DNA of 64,000 bases from Desulfomicrobium sp. (GCA_040768745.1 JAXGMI010000001.1:672001-736000), one strand, 5' to 3'. Positions 20,065 to 30,640 are shown, counted from the first letter of the stretch. The notes: a model not told the origin generated them from the sequence alone. Numbers and translations: made by a program.

Positions 20065-21929
20065 CAGCAATATCGAGCTTATTTGTTTAAAATTAGGATA
20101 TTATCGCTTCGGCGCTAGTTGGAGTTTACACTACATTTCCTTTTTCTCCACGGGTCGGGATCGGCGGGACTCCCAGAGCACGCAGGATCTTTTTCTGCGC
20201 GTCCGTGGGGCGACTAGGAGTCATCAGCGTCTCCTCTCCGACCATGATCTCCCCCATCTTGATCTGACGCAGAAGGCGGATGGCTGTCGGCACAGACACT
20301 GCCATTCCTTTGAGCTTGTTGCGCATCCAGCGCTCTAACTGCAATGCGATCACGCAGACAAACACATGTGCCCTGATTCGCTCCTCAGTCCAGTGATACA
20401 CAGGGCGTAGTTCCAAGGTGCTTTTGAGCGCTCTCCATCCCCGTTCAATTTCAGCAAGCTCTTTGTAATGTTTGATAATGTCTGCGCATGGTGCATCCAT
20501 GTCGGTTGTTTCGAGAAGCAAGACGCCATCGATCTTTTCCTCCCAAGCCCTGCGTTTCCTGTGGGCCTTGACGATGACCTGATCCTGAGTGAGCGCAACT
20601 TGGAACAATGAGAGCAAGCCCTTGTCACGCAGGTAATCCCTGATGCGGTCGTATTGACCCTGTGGGCTTGGTTTGCGTCCCTTGCCTGACCTTGGGGCGA
20701 GTATTTCCCGGATCTTGGCATCGGCCTTGGCAAGGCGCTCCTGGCGGTTCGCCTTGGTTTCGGCTGCGATCTTCGGAGAATAGGCCATAACGAACCGGAC
20801 CCCGCTGCGAACTTCCTCGACAATCTCCTCGTCCTGCCCATTAAACGAGATCTTAAGACGCAACGCCTCGATCACGCTCCGCGCCTCCTCTCCACGACGC
20901 AATGGATGCGCCACGATGAAGCCGAATTCCTCGGCCAGCAACGTCTCGAGATTTTGGTCCGAGAGCATTCCCCTGTCCCCGACAAACACCACGCTGCGTA
21001 GCTTGAAGCGAGTCTTCAGATCCTTCACCACCTCAACCACAGTGGTCTTATCCACGGTGTTCCCCGGAAAGACATGGTGGCAAAGCGGTATGCCGTCCTT
21101 GCCCATGACCACGCCGATGGTGATTTGGCGCCGATCAAACCGGCCATCGCGACTGTATCCGAAGCGCCGAATGTCATCCTCCACCAACGATCGATCCCCG
21201 TCGAACCATGTGGAAGTGATGTCATAGAAGAGCAGGTCGCCTTCCCAATGCGCCTTGGGCATGAAGCGCTTGGCTATCAAGGGCTCCAAAGCTTCCTTCG
21301 CATCCAGCAATCTATCCATGGCGCGCAGGAGATGGTGATAGGCCGGGCGGTGTTGCTCAAATCCAGAAAGCCAGACGCCATCGAGCCAATCCAGTAGCGC
21401 CAGTTTGGAGCACGGATCGCAGAGTCGATTGACGATCAGCAACTTGATCAGTTCAGCATAATCCATCCCGGCCCCGGTCTTTACTCCTGCACGGGCCAGG
21501 GCTTTGGAGAGTCCCAGGATTTCCCAGAGATGTTTGACCGCGTGAACATGTCCGAAATCACGTGCAAACGTGAGGAGCGGCGGTCCAGTCTGAACCGGGT
21601 CTCGACCGAGAGCTTTCTGGAAGCCAGCGATGAGTCTCTCGACCTGGTCTTCGCCCAAACTCTCGATAGTGCCGAGATGAGCCAGGATGCGTGTGCGCGG
21701 AGATCCGCCTTTCTCGGGATCACGGAAAGATTCCGCGATCTGAAGATGGCGGTAGACTTTGTCGCCTCGTTTCTGCTTGGCTATTCGTACAAACATAAAC
21801 TACGAGTAGCATTATTATTCATGAATAGCAATGTTTATGTCTATTTTGTACGTACTACAAATCGGATATCAAAAATCAATATAAGTCATAACTTCGAGAT
21901 GTTAGCCTCAAGTTGTTGTCAAACTTGGG
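20054..21929 (-). mobile_element. IS1634-family element (1876 bp)
   Basis: Terminal IRs CCCAAGTTTGACAGCAA / CCCAAGTTTGACAACAA; no flanking target duplication. Confidence 0.9.
20126..21796 (-). CDS. IS1634-family DDE transposase
   Basis: FYDITSTWF, FGYSRDGR, VFPGN, FVGDRGM, YKELAEIERGWRALKS, RPVYHW..RIRAHVFVC. Confidence 0.93.
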   Translation of the reverse strand: MFVRIAKQKRGDKVYRHLQIAESFRDPEKGGSPRTRILAHLGTIESLGEDQVERLIAGFQKALGRDPVQTGPPLLTFARDFGHVHAVKHLWEILGLSKALARAGVKTGAGMDYAELIKLLIVNRLCDPCSKLALLDWLDGVWLSGFEQHRPAYHHLLRAMDRLLDAKEALEPLIAKRFMPKAHWEGDLLFYDITSTWFDGDRSLVEDDIRRFGYSRDGRFDRRQITIGVVMGKDGIPLCHHVFPGNTVDKTTVVEVVKDLKTRFKLRSVVFVGDRGMLSDQNLETLLAEEFGFIVAHPLRRGEEARSVIEALRLKISFNGQDEEIVEEVRSGVRFVMAYSPKIAAETKANRQERLAKADAKIREILAPRSGKGRKPSPQGQYDRIRDYLRDKGLLSLFQVALTQDQVIVKAHRKRRAWEEKIDGVLLLETTDMDAPCADIIKHYKELAEIERGWRALKSTLELRPVYHWTEERIRAHVFVCVIALQLERWMRNKLKGMAVSVPTAIRLLRQIKMGEIMVGEETLMTPSRPTDAQKKILRALGVPPIPTRGEKGNVV

Positions 21930-22080
21930 CGTCAACAGTCAGGCCGAGCACAGTTTTACGGCAACATGGAGTACCAGTGGAATATTCACGGATGCGAACG
22001 CTTGCGTCATCCTCATCGGAATTTTGTAGGATTTCAAGAATACGTCCTTTAGCGTTATCCGTCATGAAAACTTTAAACAT
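21930..22080 (-). pseudogene. ErpA/IscA/HesB-like Fe-S carrier gene, truncated by IS1634
   Basis: RBS AGGAG; MFKVFMTDNAKGRILEILQNSDEDDASVRIREYSTGTPCCRKTVLGLTVDA then the IS end. Not in ORF track. Confidence 0.7.
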
Positions 22081-22105
22081 AGCTAGGCTCTCCTATGATT
22101 TGTAG

Positions 22106-22999
22106 TTAGACGATGATTGTATGCAAGTTGTGCGCATCAAAATACTTCAGAACATTCTTAAGAGCCTCTGGGGAATATCCTGGATACGTAGGCTCTGGCT
22201 TAGACAACGCGGCGTACTTGTTTTTGCCGAATGCATGACAGGGGAGCACATCGACTTCGTCCTTGCAAAACTCTTTCAGCAGAACAGCCAGTCGTTTGAT
22301 GTTTTCTTCTGTGTCATTCAGACCGGGTATCAGCGGGATGCGTATACGATATGGTACGCCGAGACGGACTATTTCTCGTAAGTTTTCAAGGATTAGGCGG
22401 TTGTCAACCCCTGTAACATCCTTGTGCATTTCCGGATCCATATGCTTGATGTCAAACAGCACAAGGTCAGATAATTTAACGAACTCCCGGAATTTTTCTG
22501 TTGGGCACTGTCCGCAGGTATCCAAGCAGACATGATACCCGTGTGAACGGCAGGCGTGCTGCAGTGCCAACAAAAAATTGCCGGCCATGGTCGGTTCGCC
22601 GCCGCAGAAAGTAACCCCACCCCCAGAGTTGAAGTAGAAGAGTTCATCCTTGCAAACGACATTCATCACCTCGTTCACAGTCATTCGTTTGCCAGAAATG
22701 ACTCGCGCCTTGCTCAAGCAAATTGCTTCGCATTGACCACAGTTAACACATTTTATCCTGTCAATCACCGCCTTCCCGTTGGCAATGGCAATAGCTTTTT
22801 CAGGACAAGTTTCGACGCAGAGACCGCACCCTGTGCAGAGATCTTGGAAGAGCATGAGTTGCGGGGACAGGCTCTGTGATTCCGGGTTGCTGCACCATCG
22901 ACATTGCAAGGGGCATCCTTTCAAAAATACCGTGGTCCGCAATCCGGGCCCATCATGCCCGGACATTCGCTGGATGTTGTACACTATTCCTGATTGCAT
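22106..22999 (-). CDS. Glycyl radical enzyme activating enzyme (radical SAM with 2x[4Fe-4S] insert)
   Basis: HDGPGLRTTVFLKGCPLQCRWCSNPES; CTGCGLCVETC and CVNCGQCEAIC; GGGVTFCGGEP; DIKHMD; RIPLIPG. Confidence 0.96.
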   Translation of the reverse strand: MQSGIVYNIQRMSGHDGPGLRTTVFLKGCPLQCRWCSNPESQSLSPQLMLFQDLCTGCGLCVETCPEKAIAIANGKAVIDRIKCVNCGQCEAICLSKARVISGKRMTVNEVMNVVCKDELFYFNSGGGVTFCGGEPTMAGNFLLALQHACRSHGYHVCLDTCGQCPTEKFREFVKLSDLVLFDIKHMDPEMHKDVTGVDNRLILENLREIVRLGVPYRIRIPLIPGLNDTEENIKRLAVLLKEFCKDEVDVLPCHAFGKNKYAALSKPEPTYPGYSPEALKNVLKYFDAHNLHTIIV

Positions 23000-24420
23000 A
23001 CAGATCACTCTACAATTTCTTCGGTTAAGCGCCGGCAAGATGGTTGGCATCCTGCCGGCTCCGAATCAATAATTTAGTTGTACTCGGTGCGTTTAATGAT
23101 TTCGTTCTGCACGCCTTTATCCAGTCGGGTAAAGTAGGCGCTGAAACCAGCTACCCGTACGACCAGATCCTTGTAGTTTTGAGGCTTCTCCTGTGCATCC
23201 TTAAGTGTATCTGAACTTACACAGTTGAACTGGATGTGGCTGCCGCCAAGGTCAAAGTAAGTTTTCAACAGACTGAGAAGGGTTCGAGCACCAGCCGGTC
23301 CTTCTAGGGCAGAGGGGAGGAACTTCACATTGAAGTGGTTTGAGGCATAATCTACGGTGTCTACTGCTTGGGCGGCGGATTTAATCAAAGCAGTACTGCC
23401 TTCCAGGTCGGTGCCAGGCATGGCAGATACACTACCGTCGGTCAGAGCCACCCCAGCTTTTCGTCCATTGGGCAGCGCACCCATCATGCCGCCAAAGTAG
23501 TTGTGAAAGGACAATGAATAGGCATCAATGAACGCAGTGTGCCCCATGTAGTCAGGACCGTAGCTGCGATAGATTTTGTGCACGTCACGGTAGAATCTGC
23601 GAACAAGGGTGTCGACTTCCGGAATGTCGTTGCCATGCTTGGGAGCTTCAATGCACATGCGATGCACATCTTCGTAGCCCTCAAAGTTGGCCGCAAGAGC
23701 TTCTTTGAGTTGAGCCATGGTCAAGGTTTTGGTGTCGTAGACCAGATGCTTAATAGCCAGTAGACAATTGGAAGCGTCAATCCCACCAGTGCCTATACAC
23801 AATGTCTGTGCATAACGAGCTCCTCCAGCTTCCTCAACCAAACCCTTTTCAAGGCATCCGTCGATGATAGCAGAGCGGAACACGCTAGGTACAACCCATT
23901 CTTTAACAGTGTTACCGATATCTGAACGCAGGCGTTGCATCTTTAGCAAATAATCAGTCTGCTTTATGAACGCAGTATAGAATTCTTCGAAGGTTTGAAA
24001 TTCTTCAGAATTGCCAGATTCAATGCTGATCTGCTTCTTGGTTGTCGGGTCCCATCCGTTGTATAGGGTAAATTCAATGGGCTTAACAAAGTTTGGAAAG
24101 TCTTCCATGATGACAAAAGATCCCTTACCAGCCACCCCGGTACCGACGCAGCCGAAGTTGGCACAGTTTCGGGCATCTTCGAGAGTGATGCCTAATTCAC
24201 CAAAGCGGTTGAAGTGACGTTGAATGACAACATTATTGTTCATGAACTGAGGTTGCCCAGTCCCGCCGCGGACTACTTCGACAGCTTTCTGCAGGTAAGA
24301 CTCCTTCATCTTAGGATGATAGAATAAGCTAATGGTGGGCTGAATATTCTTCATCTGAATTTGGGTGTCCATAATAACTTCTGCATCGGTCTACGGTTTT
24401 TTGGACACGTTTTTGGTTAA

Positions 24421-25311
24421 TCAAGCCGCAACGTTCACGGCCTCTTTCTGGATGGCCCGCACCGCTGCCGGAGTCTTGTAGCCGTGGCGTCCAATGATCC
24501 ATTCCCGGTTGTACGTCTCCTTGAACTCCAAGAGGGCAAGTCGGAGTTCCTCGACCGTATCGAACCGCCGGACCCAGAGCAGGTTTTCCTTGAGCGTGCG
24601 CACGAACCTCTCGGCGATGCCGTTGCCTTGGGGTTCTCTGACGAAAGCAGGCGAACTCCGGATGCCCAGGAAGGAAACCTCCTCTTGAAACACACTGGAA
24701 ACGTACTGGCTACCATTGTCATGTCGCAGGGTCAGGCCCTCTGCCACGGCGGGTCCAAAGGCTCCAAAGCTGTGGCGCACACCTTGGCGAATCGGCTCCA
24801 GGGCTTCAAAGCGCGTCCCGTACTTAGCGGCGTGGATGCCGACACACTCCAGAGAGCAGTGGTCCACGGCCAGGAAGATCGAAGCGTTGCCTTCCTGCAT
24901 GGTCATCGTCGTGGTCATGTCCGTGCCCCACATCTCGTCCACCCGGGCAGTCTTGATCGTCCCGTCATGCGCCTTGGGGCCATGCGGCCTGCCGGGCTTG
25001 CGCACTGCGAGCAGGTTGTTCTCTCTCATGATCCGAAGCGTTCGCAGGGGGGACGTTCTGATGCCCTCAAAACGCAACCTGGCCCACACTTTCCGATAGC
25101 CTTCACCAGTAAAAGGGGAGTTCTGGATGCATGCCACGATGTGCCCGAACAACTCCCCATCACTGTGGAAGCCAATAGGGCCTCGGCGGCTTGGTGTGCC
25201 CTCATTCGCAACCTTGCGTGCATAATGCGTGGACCTGGGGAGATTCCAGACCCGGCAAACCAGCACCAGCCCATACGTCTGACCAGTGGAGGGCGAGGTG
25301 GACCGGCTCAT
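24421..25311 (-). CDS. IS3 OrfB DDE transposase
   Basis: GYRKVW, WGTDMT, LRHDNGSQY, PQGNGIAERFVRTLKE. Confidence 0.95.
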   Translation of the reverse strand: MSRSTSPSTGQTYGLVLVCRVWNLPRSTHYARKVANEGTPSRRGPIGFHSDGELFGHIVACIQNSPFTGEGYRKVWARLRFEGIRTSPLRTLRIMRENNLLAVRKPGRPHGPKAHDGTIKTARVDEMWGTDMTTTMTMQEGNASIFLAVDHCSLECVGIHAAKYGTRFEALEPIRQGVRHSFGAFGPAVAEGLTLRHDNGSQYVSSVFQEEVSFLGIRSSPAFVREPQGNGIAERFVRTLKENLLWVRRFDTVEELRLALLEFKETYNREWIIGRHGYKTPAAVRAIQKEAVNVAA

Positions 25312-25697
25312 TTCCTCGACCTCCGCAACCCCAAAGGGTCTTTTGCCTCCATCATTCGGATCTTCTCGCGGAGCAGTTCTATCTCCATGGTCTGCTCGCC
25401 GATTTTCTCATTGAGGCGCTTGTATTCGGCCTCCTCCGCCGGAGAGCGTTTTTTGAGACTATCCGCGCCACCGGCCAGAAAGGCATCTCTCCATTGTGAG
25501 AGCGTGGCAGCCGTCACGCCGAGTTCCCGACTGAGCGTTTCGATGTCTTCACCACGCAGAAGCCGGAGGACGGCCTCGGTCTTGTGCTGTGCCCAGAATC
25601 GCTTGGGAGTTGCCTTCGTCTCCCCGGTTCCAGTCGGCCTACGGCCTCCCTCCACCGGGGAGACGGCTGAAATATCCTTGTCGCTTTGTTTGCTCAT
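25308..25697 (-). CDS. IS3 OrfA
   Basis: Identical to other copies; ATGA overlap with orfB. Confidence 0.92.
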   Translation of the reverse strand: MSKQSDKDISAVSPVEGGRRPTGTGETKATPKRFWAQHKTEAVLRLLRGEDIETLSRELGVTAATLSQWRDAFLAGGADSLKKRSPAEEAEYKRLNEKIGEQTMEIELLREKIRMMEAKDPLGLRRSRK

Positions 25698-26966
25698 GAA
25701 TCACCTCATGGGGAGTCTCTCTACTCCCAATTTGGTGTCCAAGAAAACCCTATCCCAGAGGACTTCTTCTAACTCTGTGCTTGCGTCTTCACCATTCGCA
25801 TCTAAGCCGCCTATGGTAATGGTCTGGCCAGTGTGCCCCGACAGGGCCAGGGCATAGGCATGTCCTTGATAAACAGCGACTTCGAGATGTTTGACCCACT
25901 GGAACTTAAGCAAGGTGAGCACCTGTTCGCGAGTCAGATTTCCTTCATCGATATCCTTTTTGTAGAAGGGGTACATGTACTGACCATAGCGGCCGGGTGA
26001 GGTGGCGCAACCTGTCTGCTCTATCTGAATGCCCAGATGTGTGAACCAGAAGGATTGAATTGCTTCACGAAAGTTACGAGCAGGGAATTCAGGTACTCTG
26101 CGGCAGATTTCGGCGATTTCAAGCAATTCTGCCTTGTTGGCAGGATCAGATTCCTTGGCTGCGGTCTGTTCGGCCAAGTCTGCGTAACGGTGCGCGTAGG
26201 CAATCACAGCTTTGAGGGCAATGCGCACGGCGCGGTAAAATGCGAATTTTTCCTTGTTTCCAGCTTTTTTCGGCAATGCATTGATCCGTTCATCGACTTC
26301 CCTCAAGATGCCAGAAATGCCCTCATTGAGAACGCGTGCATAGTCTGCCACGCCAGTCCCTGTGGTTATGGAGATGGCATCGTATACCATTCCAGACTTA
26401 AATAAGAAGGATGGATTTTGGCCATACAGATCCTTGAACAACGTGTTTGTTCTGTCGACGGTGGTTTTTCCCTTCCACGCCTTGTAGGTTTTTTTCAGTA
26501 GCTCCTCGGTTTCTTTCGGAATGCTGATTTCGCCCAATGAACTCATTTTGGCCAAATCCATTTCATCTTTAATCCAGTTTACATTCCATTCTGGAAAAGC
26601 ATATACGCCTGCGCGAAAACCACTAATGGTGCCGACGATGGGGTTTCCGTCCAGGAAAATATTTTTTTTGGCTAGCAACCGCTCAAGGAGTCTGGCGCGG
26701 ATTATCACAGGTTCTTCACTGGAGAGCTCGTCATAGACTTCAAGCAGGACCTCCAAGCGCAAAGGGTCCATCTTTTGCGGAGCATCCAACAAGAATCCCT
26801 TAAGGTCTTTAATTCGCTGATCCGCAGTGTTCCAGTTAAGGTAATATCCGGAACATTTTTTTGCACTGGCTTCATTTTCATCCCATAGCTTTTTCATACG
26901 ATCCTCTGGGATAGGGTTTTCTTGGACACCAAATTGGGAGTAGAGAGACTCCCCATGAGGTGATTC

Positions 26967-27356
26967 ATGAGCAAACAAAGCGACAAGGATATTTCAGCCG
27001 TCTCCCCGGTGGAGGGAGGCCGTAGGCCGACTGGAACCGGGGAGACGAAGGCAACTCCCAAGCGATTCTGGGCACAGCACAAGACCGAGGCCGTCCTCCG
27101 GCTTCTGCGTGGTGAAGACATCGAAACGCTCAGTCGGGAACTCGGCGTGACGGCTGCCACGCTCTCACAATGGAGAGATGCCTTTCTGGCCGGTGGCGCG
27201 GATAGTCTCAAAAAACGCTCTCCGGCGGAGGAGGCCGAATACAAGCGCCTCAATGAGAAAATCGGCGAGCAGACCATGGAGATAGAACTGCTCCGCGAGA
27301 AGATCCGAATGATGGAGGCAAAAGACCCTTTGGGGTTGCGGAGGTCGAGGAAATGA
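26967..27356 (+). CDS. IS3 OrfA
   Basis: Identical to other copies. Confidence 0.92.
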   Translation: MSKQSDKDISAVSPVEGGRRPTGTGETKATPKRFWAQHKTEAVLRLLRGEDIETLSRELGVTAATLSQWRDAFLAGGADSLKKRSPAEEAEYKRLNEKIGEQTMEIELLREKIRMMEAKDPLGLRRSRK

Positions 27357-28243
27357 GCCGGTCCACCTCGCCCTCCACTGGTCAGACGTATGGGCTGGTG
27401 CTGGTTTGCCGGGTCTGGAATCTCCCCAGGTCCACGCATTATGCACGCAAGGTTGCGAATGAGGGCACACCAAGCCGCCGAGGCCCTATTGGCTTCCACA
27501 GTGATGGGGAGTTGTTCGGGCACATCGTGGCATGCATCCAGAACTCCCCTTTTACTGGTGAAGGCTATCGGAAAGTGTGGGCCAGGTTGCGTTTTGAGGG
27601 CATCAGAACGTCCCCCCTGCGAACGCTTCGGATCATGAGAGAGAACAACCTGCTCGCAGTGCGCAAGCCCGGCAGGCCGCATGGCCCCAAGGCGCATGAC
27701 GGGACGATCAAGACTGCCCGGGTGGACGAGATGTGGGGCACGGACATGACCACGACGATGACCATGCAGGAAGGCAACGCTTCGATCTTCCTGGCCGTGG
27801 ACCACTGCTCTCTGGAGTGTGTCGGCATCCACGCCGCTAAGTACGGGACGCGCTTTGAAGCCCTGGAGCCGATTCGCCAAGGTGTGCGCCACAGCTTTGG
27901 AGCCTTTGGACCCGCCGTGGCAGAGGGCCTGACCCTGCGACATGACAATGGTAGCCAGTACGTTTCCAGTGTGTTTCAAGAGGAGGTTTCCTTCCTGGGC
28001 ATCCGGAGTTCGCCTGCTTTCGTCAGAGAACCCCAAGGCAACGGCATCGCCGAGAGGTTCGTGCGCACGCTCAAGGAAAACCTGCTCTGGGTCCGGCGGT
28101 TCGATACGGTCGAGGAACTCCGACTTGCCCTCTTGGAGTTCAAGGAGACGTACAACCGGGAATGGATCATTGGACGCCACGGCTACAAGACTCCGGCAGC
28201 GGTGCGGGCCATCCAGAAAGAGGCCGTGAACGTTGCGGCTTGA
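27353..28243 (+). CDS. IS3 OrfB DDE transposase
   Basis: Identical to 24421..25311 product. Confidence 0.95.
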   Translation: MSRSTSPSTGQTYGLVLVCRVWNLPRSTHYARKVANEGTPSRRGPIGFHSDGELFGHIVACIQNSPFTGEGYRKVWARLRFEGIRTSPLRTLRIMRENNLLAVRKPGRPHGPKAHDGTIKTARVDEMWGTDMTTTMTMQEGNASIFLAVDHCSLECVGIHAAKYGTRFEALEPIRQGVRHSFGAFGPAVAEGLTLRHDNGSQYVSSVFQEEVSFLGIRSSPAFVREPQGNGIAERFVRTLKENLLWVRRFDTVEELRLALLEFKETYNREWIIGRHGYKTPAAVRAIQKEAVNVAA

Positions 28244-28362
28244 TTAACCAAAAACGTGTCCAAAAAACCGTAGACCGATACAACGAGACCTCCTCTAAAA
28301 ATTTAAATTTTACAAAATTACTTCTGCGACGTGGTTGATGCGTTCAAAATTTCACTTTCTGT

Positions 28363-28378
28363 AGCAACTCGTGTGCCT
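28363..28378 (-). promoter_or_regulatory. Sigma54 -24/-12 promoter of the GRE operon
   Basis: Minus strand AGGCACACGAGTTGCT (GG-N10-GC), about 70 bp upstream of the displaced GRE RBS AGGAGG. Confidence 0.75.
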
Positions 28379-28569
28379 AATTATTTTCTCATTTAAATAC
28401 AAACCGTTATTCATTTTTTGACTTTCCTCATTTTATCTGAATAGAAAACTGTTCTCGAAGCGTTACATCCTTAGCGAACACAAAAATTTAACTATTTGAA
28501 ATACATCGTTTTTATAAAGAAGGTTTATTTGGACACTTGTCGCGAAATCAATACAGTGGTAATTTTTTA

Positions 28570-29583
28570 CATCTGCTCGGCACTTTTCAGACCATTCGAA
28601 ACTTGAGATAGGTTTCCCCCTCAACCACGATGAGCTGATGAAAAAGGGACCATTTTCCGAAGAGCAGATGGTGGGCATCCTGCGAGAAGCTGACCGCAGC
28701 CCGGTGGCCCAGGTGGCCAAGAAGCATGGAATCAGCGAGCAGACGATCTATAATGGCGGCAGCGGTTTGCAGGCATGTCCGCCGATGACGTGAAGCGGCT
28801 GCGCCTGCTGGAACAAGAGAACACGCGGCTGAAGAAGATTCTTGCGGAACGGGACCTTGAAATCGAGGTCATGAAGGAGATCGCCGCAAAAAATGGTAGG
28901 CGCACCCGTCCGACGCCTCCAGGTGGCATACGCCAGGAGTCGCGGACTTTCACAACGCAGGGCGTGTGCGCTGTTATCCACTTCCCGGTCGTCGCTTCAC
29001 TACGAGTCACGGCTGGAGGCCCGGGACATGCCGCTGCTGGCGGCTCTGGCAGGTCTGGCTGCGACGTATCCGCGCTTTGGATACCGCCCGGATCAACGTG
29101 TTCATGGAACGTCTGGGTCATGTCATGGGTGCCGACAAGGCGTTCCGTCTGTGGTCCAAGGCCGGGTTGGAAGTGCCCAGGAAGCGGCCTCGGAAACGAG
29201 TGGCGACGTCCAGTCCGAGACCGCAACTGCCGATGGGAGCAAACGAACGGTGGGCGTACGACTATGTCTACGACGCCTGCGCAAACGGTCAACAGATCAA
29301 ATGCCTGACCGTGGTGGACGAATACACGCGTGAATGCCTGGCAATAGACGTTGCCGGGAGCATCAGGTCGAGACGGGTTATCGAGGTGCTGTCCCGCCTG
29401 ATCAGCGAACGAGGAGCCCCTCTCAGCCTGCGTTCTGACAACGGACCGGAGTTCGTGTCGAAGGCGCTGCTCAAATGGGCGGCTCAGGAGTCTCTGGACC
29501 TGGCGCTGATTGGGCCTGGGAAGCCATGGCAAAACGGTTTGAACGAGAGTTTTAACGGCAAATTTCGCGACGAGTGCCTGTCG
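28570..29583 (+). mobile_element. Degenerate IS3-family (IS407-group-like) fragment
   Basis: OrfA MKKGPFSEEQMVGILREAD..(frameshift)..LEQENTRLKKILAE; OrfB WAYDYV, LTVVDEYTRE, RSDNGPEF, PGKPWQNG..ESFNGKFRDECL, then truncated. Boundaries approximate. Confidence 0.88.
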
Positions 29584-30640
29584 AAAATTTTTTGAAAATT
29601 ATGGTGATTAAAATGCTTGTTGAAAATTATCATGACAATGATTTGCAATCACTAATACGTAACGAGCTTTTTCAAATAATTATTGACGAATTGCAAATTG
29701 GATTCGCAATCATCGATACAAACGGAATTTATAAATACATAAATAAATCATATGCTAGTATTCATGGATTAGAAAACAAAGAAAAATATATCGGTAAAAA
29801 AGTAGATGATTTTTTTACATCAGCTAAAAATGGAACACTGAAGGCAATTAAAACACAAAAGAAGGTAATCACCAAAAGTAAATCTATAAATGGAGTTGAA
29901 GGATTAAGCTTTAGATACCCAATTGTTAGTAAAGACAATCGATTTATTTGCTGTATCACAGAGACATTGGCAACAAATTTAAGCAGTAAAAAATTAATTG
30001 AATTTATTGACACAATTAAGTCTCTTCAAAAAAAAGTAAATTATTACCAGTATAAATCTAATAATAGCATAGGAGTTCTTCATACATTCGAAGATATTGT
30101 CACTATAAGTTCTTCTATGGAAGAAATGAAACAACAAGGGCATCGTTTTGCAAGGAGTGCTGAGCCGATCCTTATCTTGGGTGAAAGCGGCACAGGCAAG
30201 GAGCTTGTAGCTCAAGCTTTGCACATGGCCAGCTCGAGGGCAAAGAGAGACTTTGTTGTTGTTAACTGCGCGGCCCTTCCTCGTGATCTCATGGAATCTG
30301 AATTGTTCGGTTATTCAGAAGGTGCTTTTACCGGCTCCCGGACAGGTGGGGTCAGAGGCAAATTTGAGTTGGCCCATCAAGGAACAATCTTCTTAGACGA
30401 AATAGGGGAACTTCCGCTGAACATGCAGTCAAAGTTGCTGCGCGTGTTGGAAAGCGGCGAGATTCAAAAAATCGCCCATTCAAGCCCGGTGTTTTCAGAT
30501 TTTCGCATGATCGCTGCGACCAACAAAAATCTGCAACAGATGGTGCGGGACGGAGCTTTCCGAGAAGATCTTTACCACCGCTTAAGTATTCTTGAGTTAC
30601 GTGTCCCTCCCCTGCGTGAAAGAAAGGAGGATATCCTCCC

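Larger units (their letters stand above)
24382..25762 (-). mobile_element. IS3-family element, copy 2 (1381 bp)
   Basis: TSD CTTC (24378-24381 / 25763-25766); orfA 25308..25697, orfB 24421..25311; end reads TGCATCGG rather than TGTATCGG. Confidence 0.97.
23074..26897 (-). pseudogene. Glycyl radical enzyme, interrupted by IS3 copy 2 (812 aa when rebuilt)
   Basis: ATG 26897; removing the IS and one CTTC restores ..ASTELEEVIMDTQ..; Cys loop NFGCVGTG; Gly motif LVVRVAGFSAYF; PKHGND; HIQFN. Confidence 0.95.
26902..28282 (+). mobile_element. IS3-family element, copy 3 (1381 bp)
   Basis: TSD ACGA (26898-26901 / 28283-28286); sits between the GRE RBS and its ATG. Confidence 0.97.

Noticed and set aside
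21930..22080. Selenocysteine recoding in the ErpA-like gene
   Set aside because: The motif is encoded TGT TGC (Cys-Cys); the downstream TGA belongs to the IS1634 end.
23074..26897. Calling the GRE pyruvate formate-lyase, IslA/HpsG or CutC
   Set aside because: No Cys-Cys (PFL) and no Cys-X-Glu (eliminases); specificity cannot be assigned from sequence alone.
24382..28282. Two inverted IS3 copies flanking the GRE 5' third, resembling a composite transposon or invertible switch
   Set aside because: Each copy has its own TSD and the enclosed DNA is in native orientation: two independent insertions.
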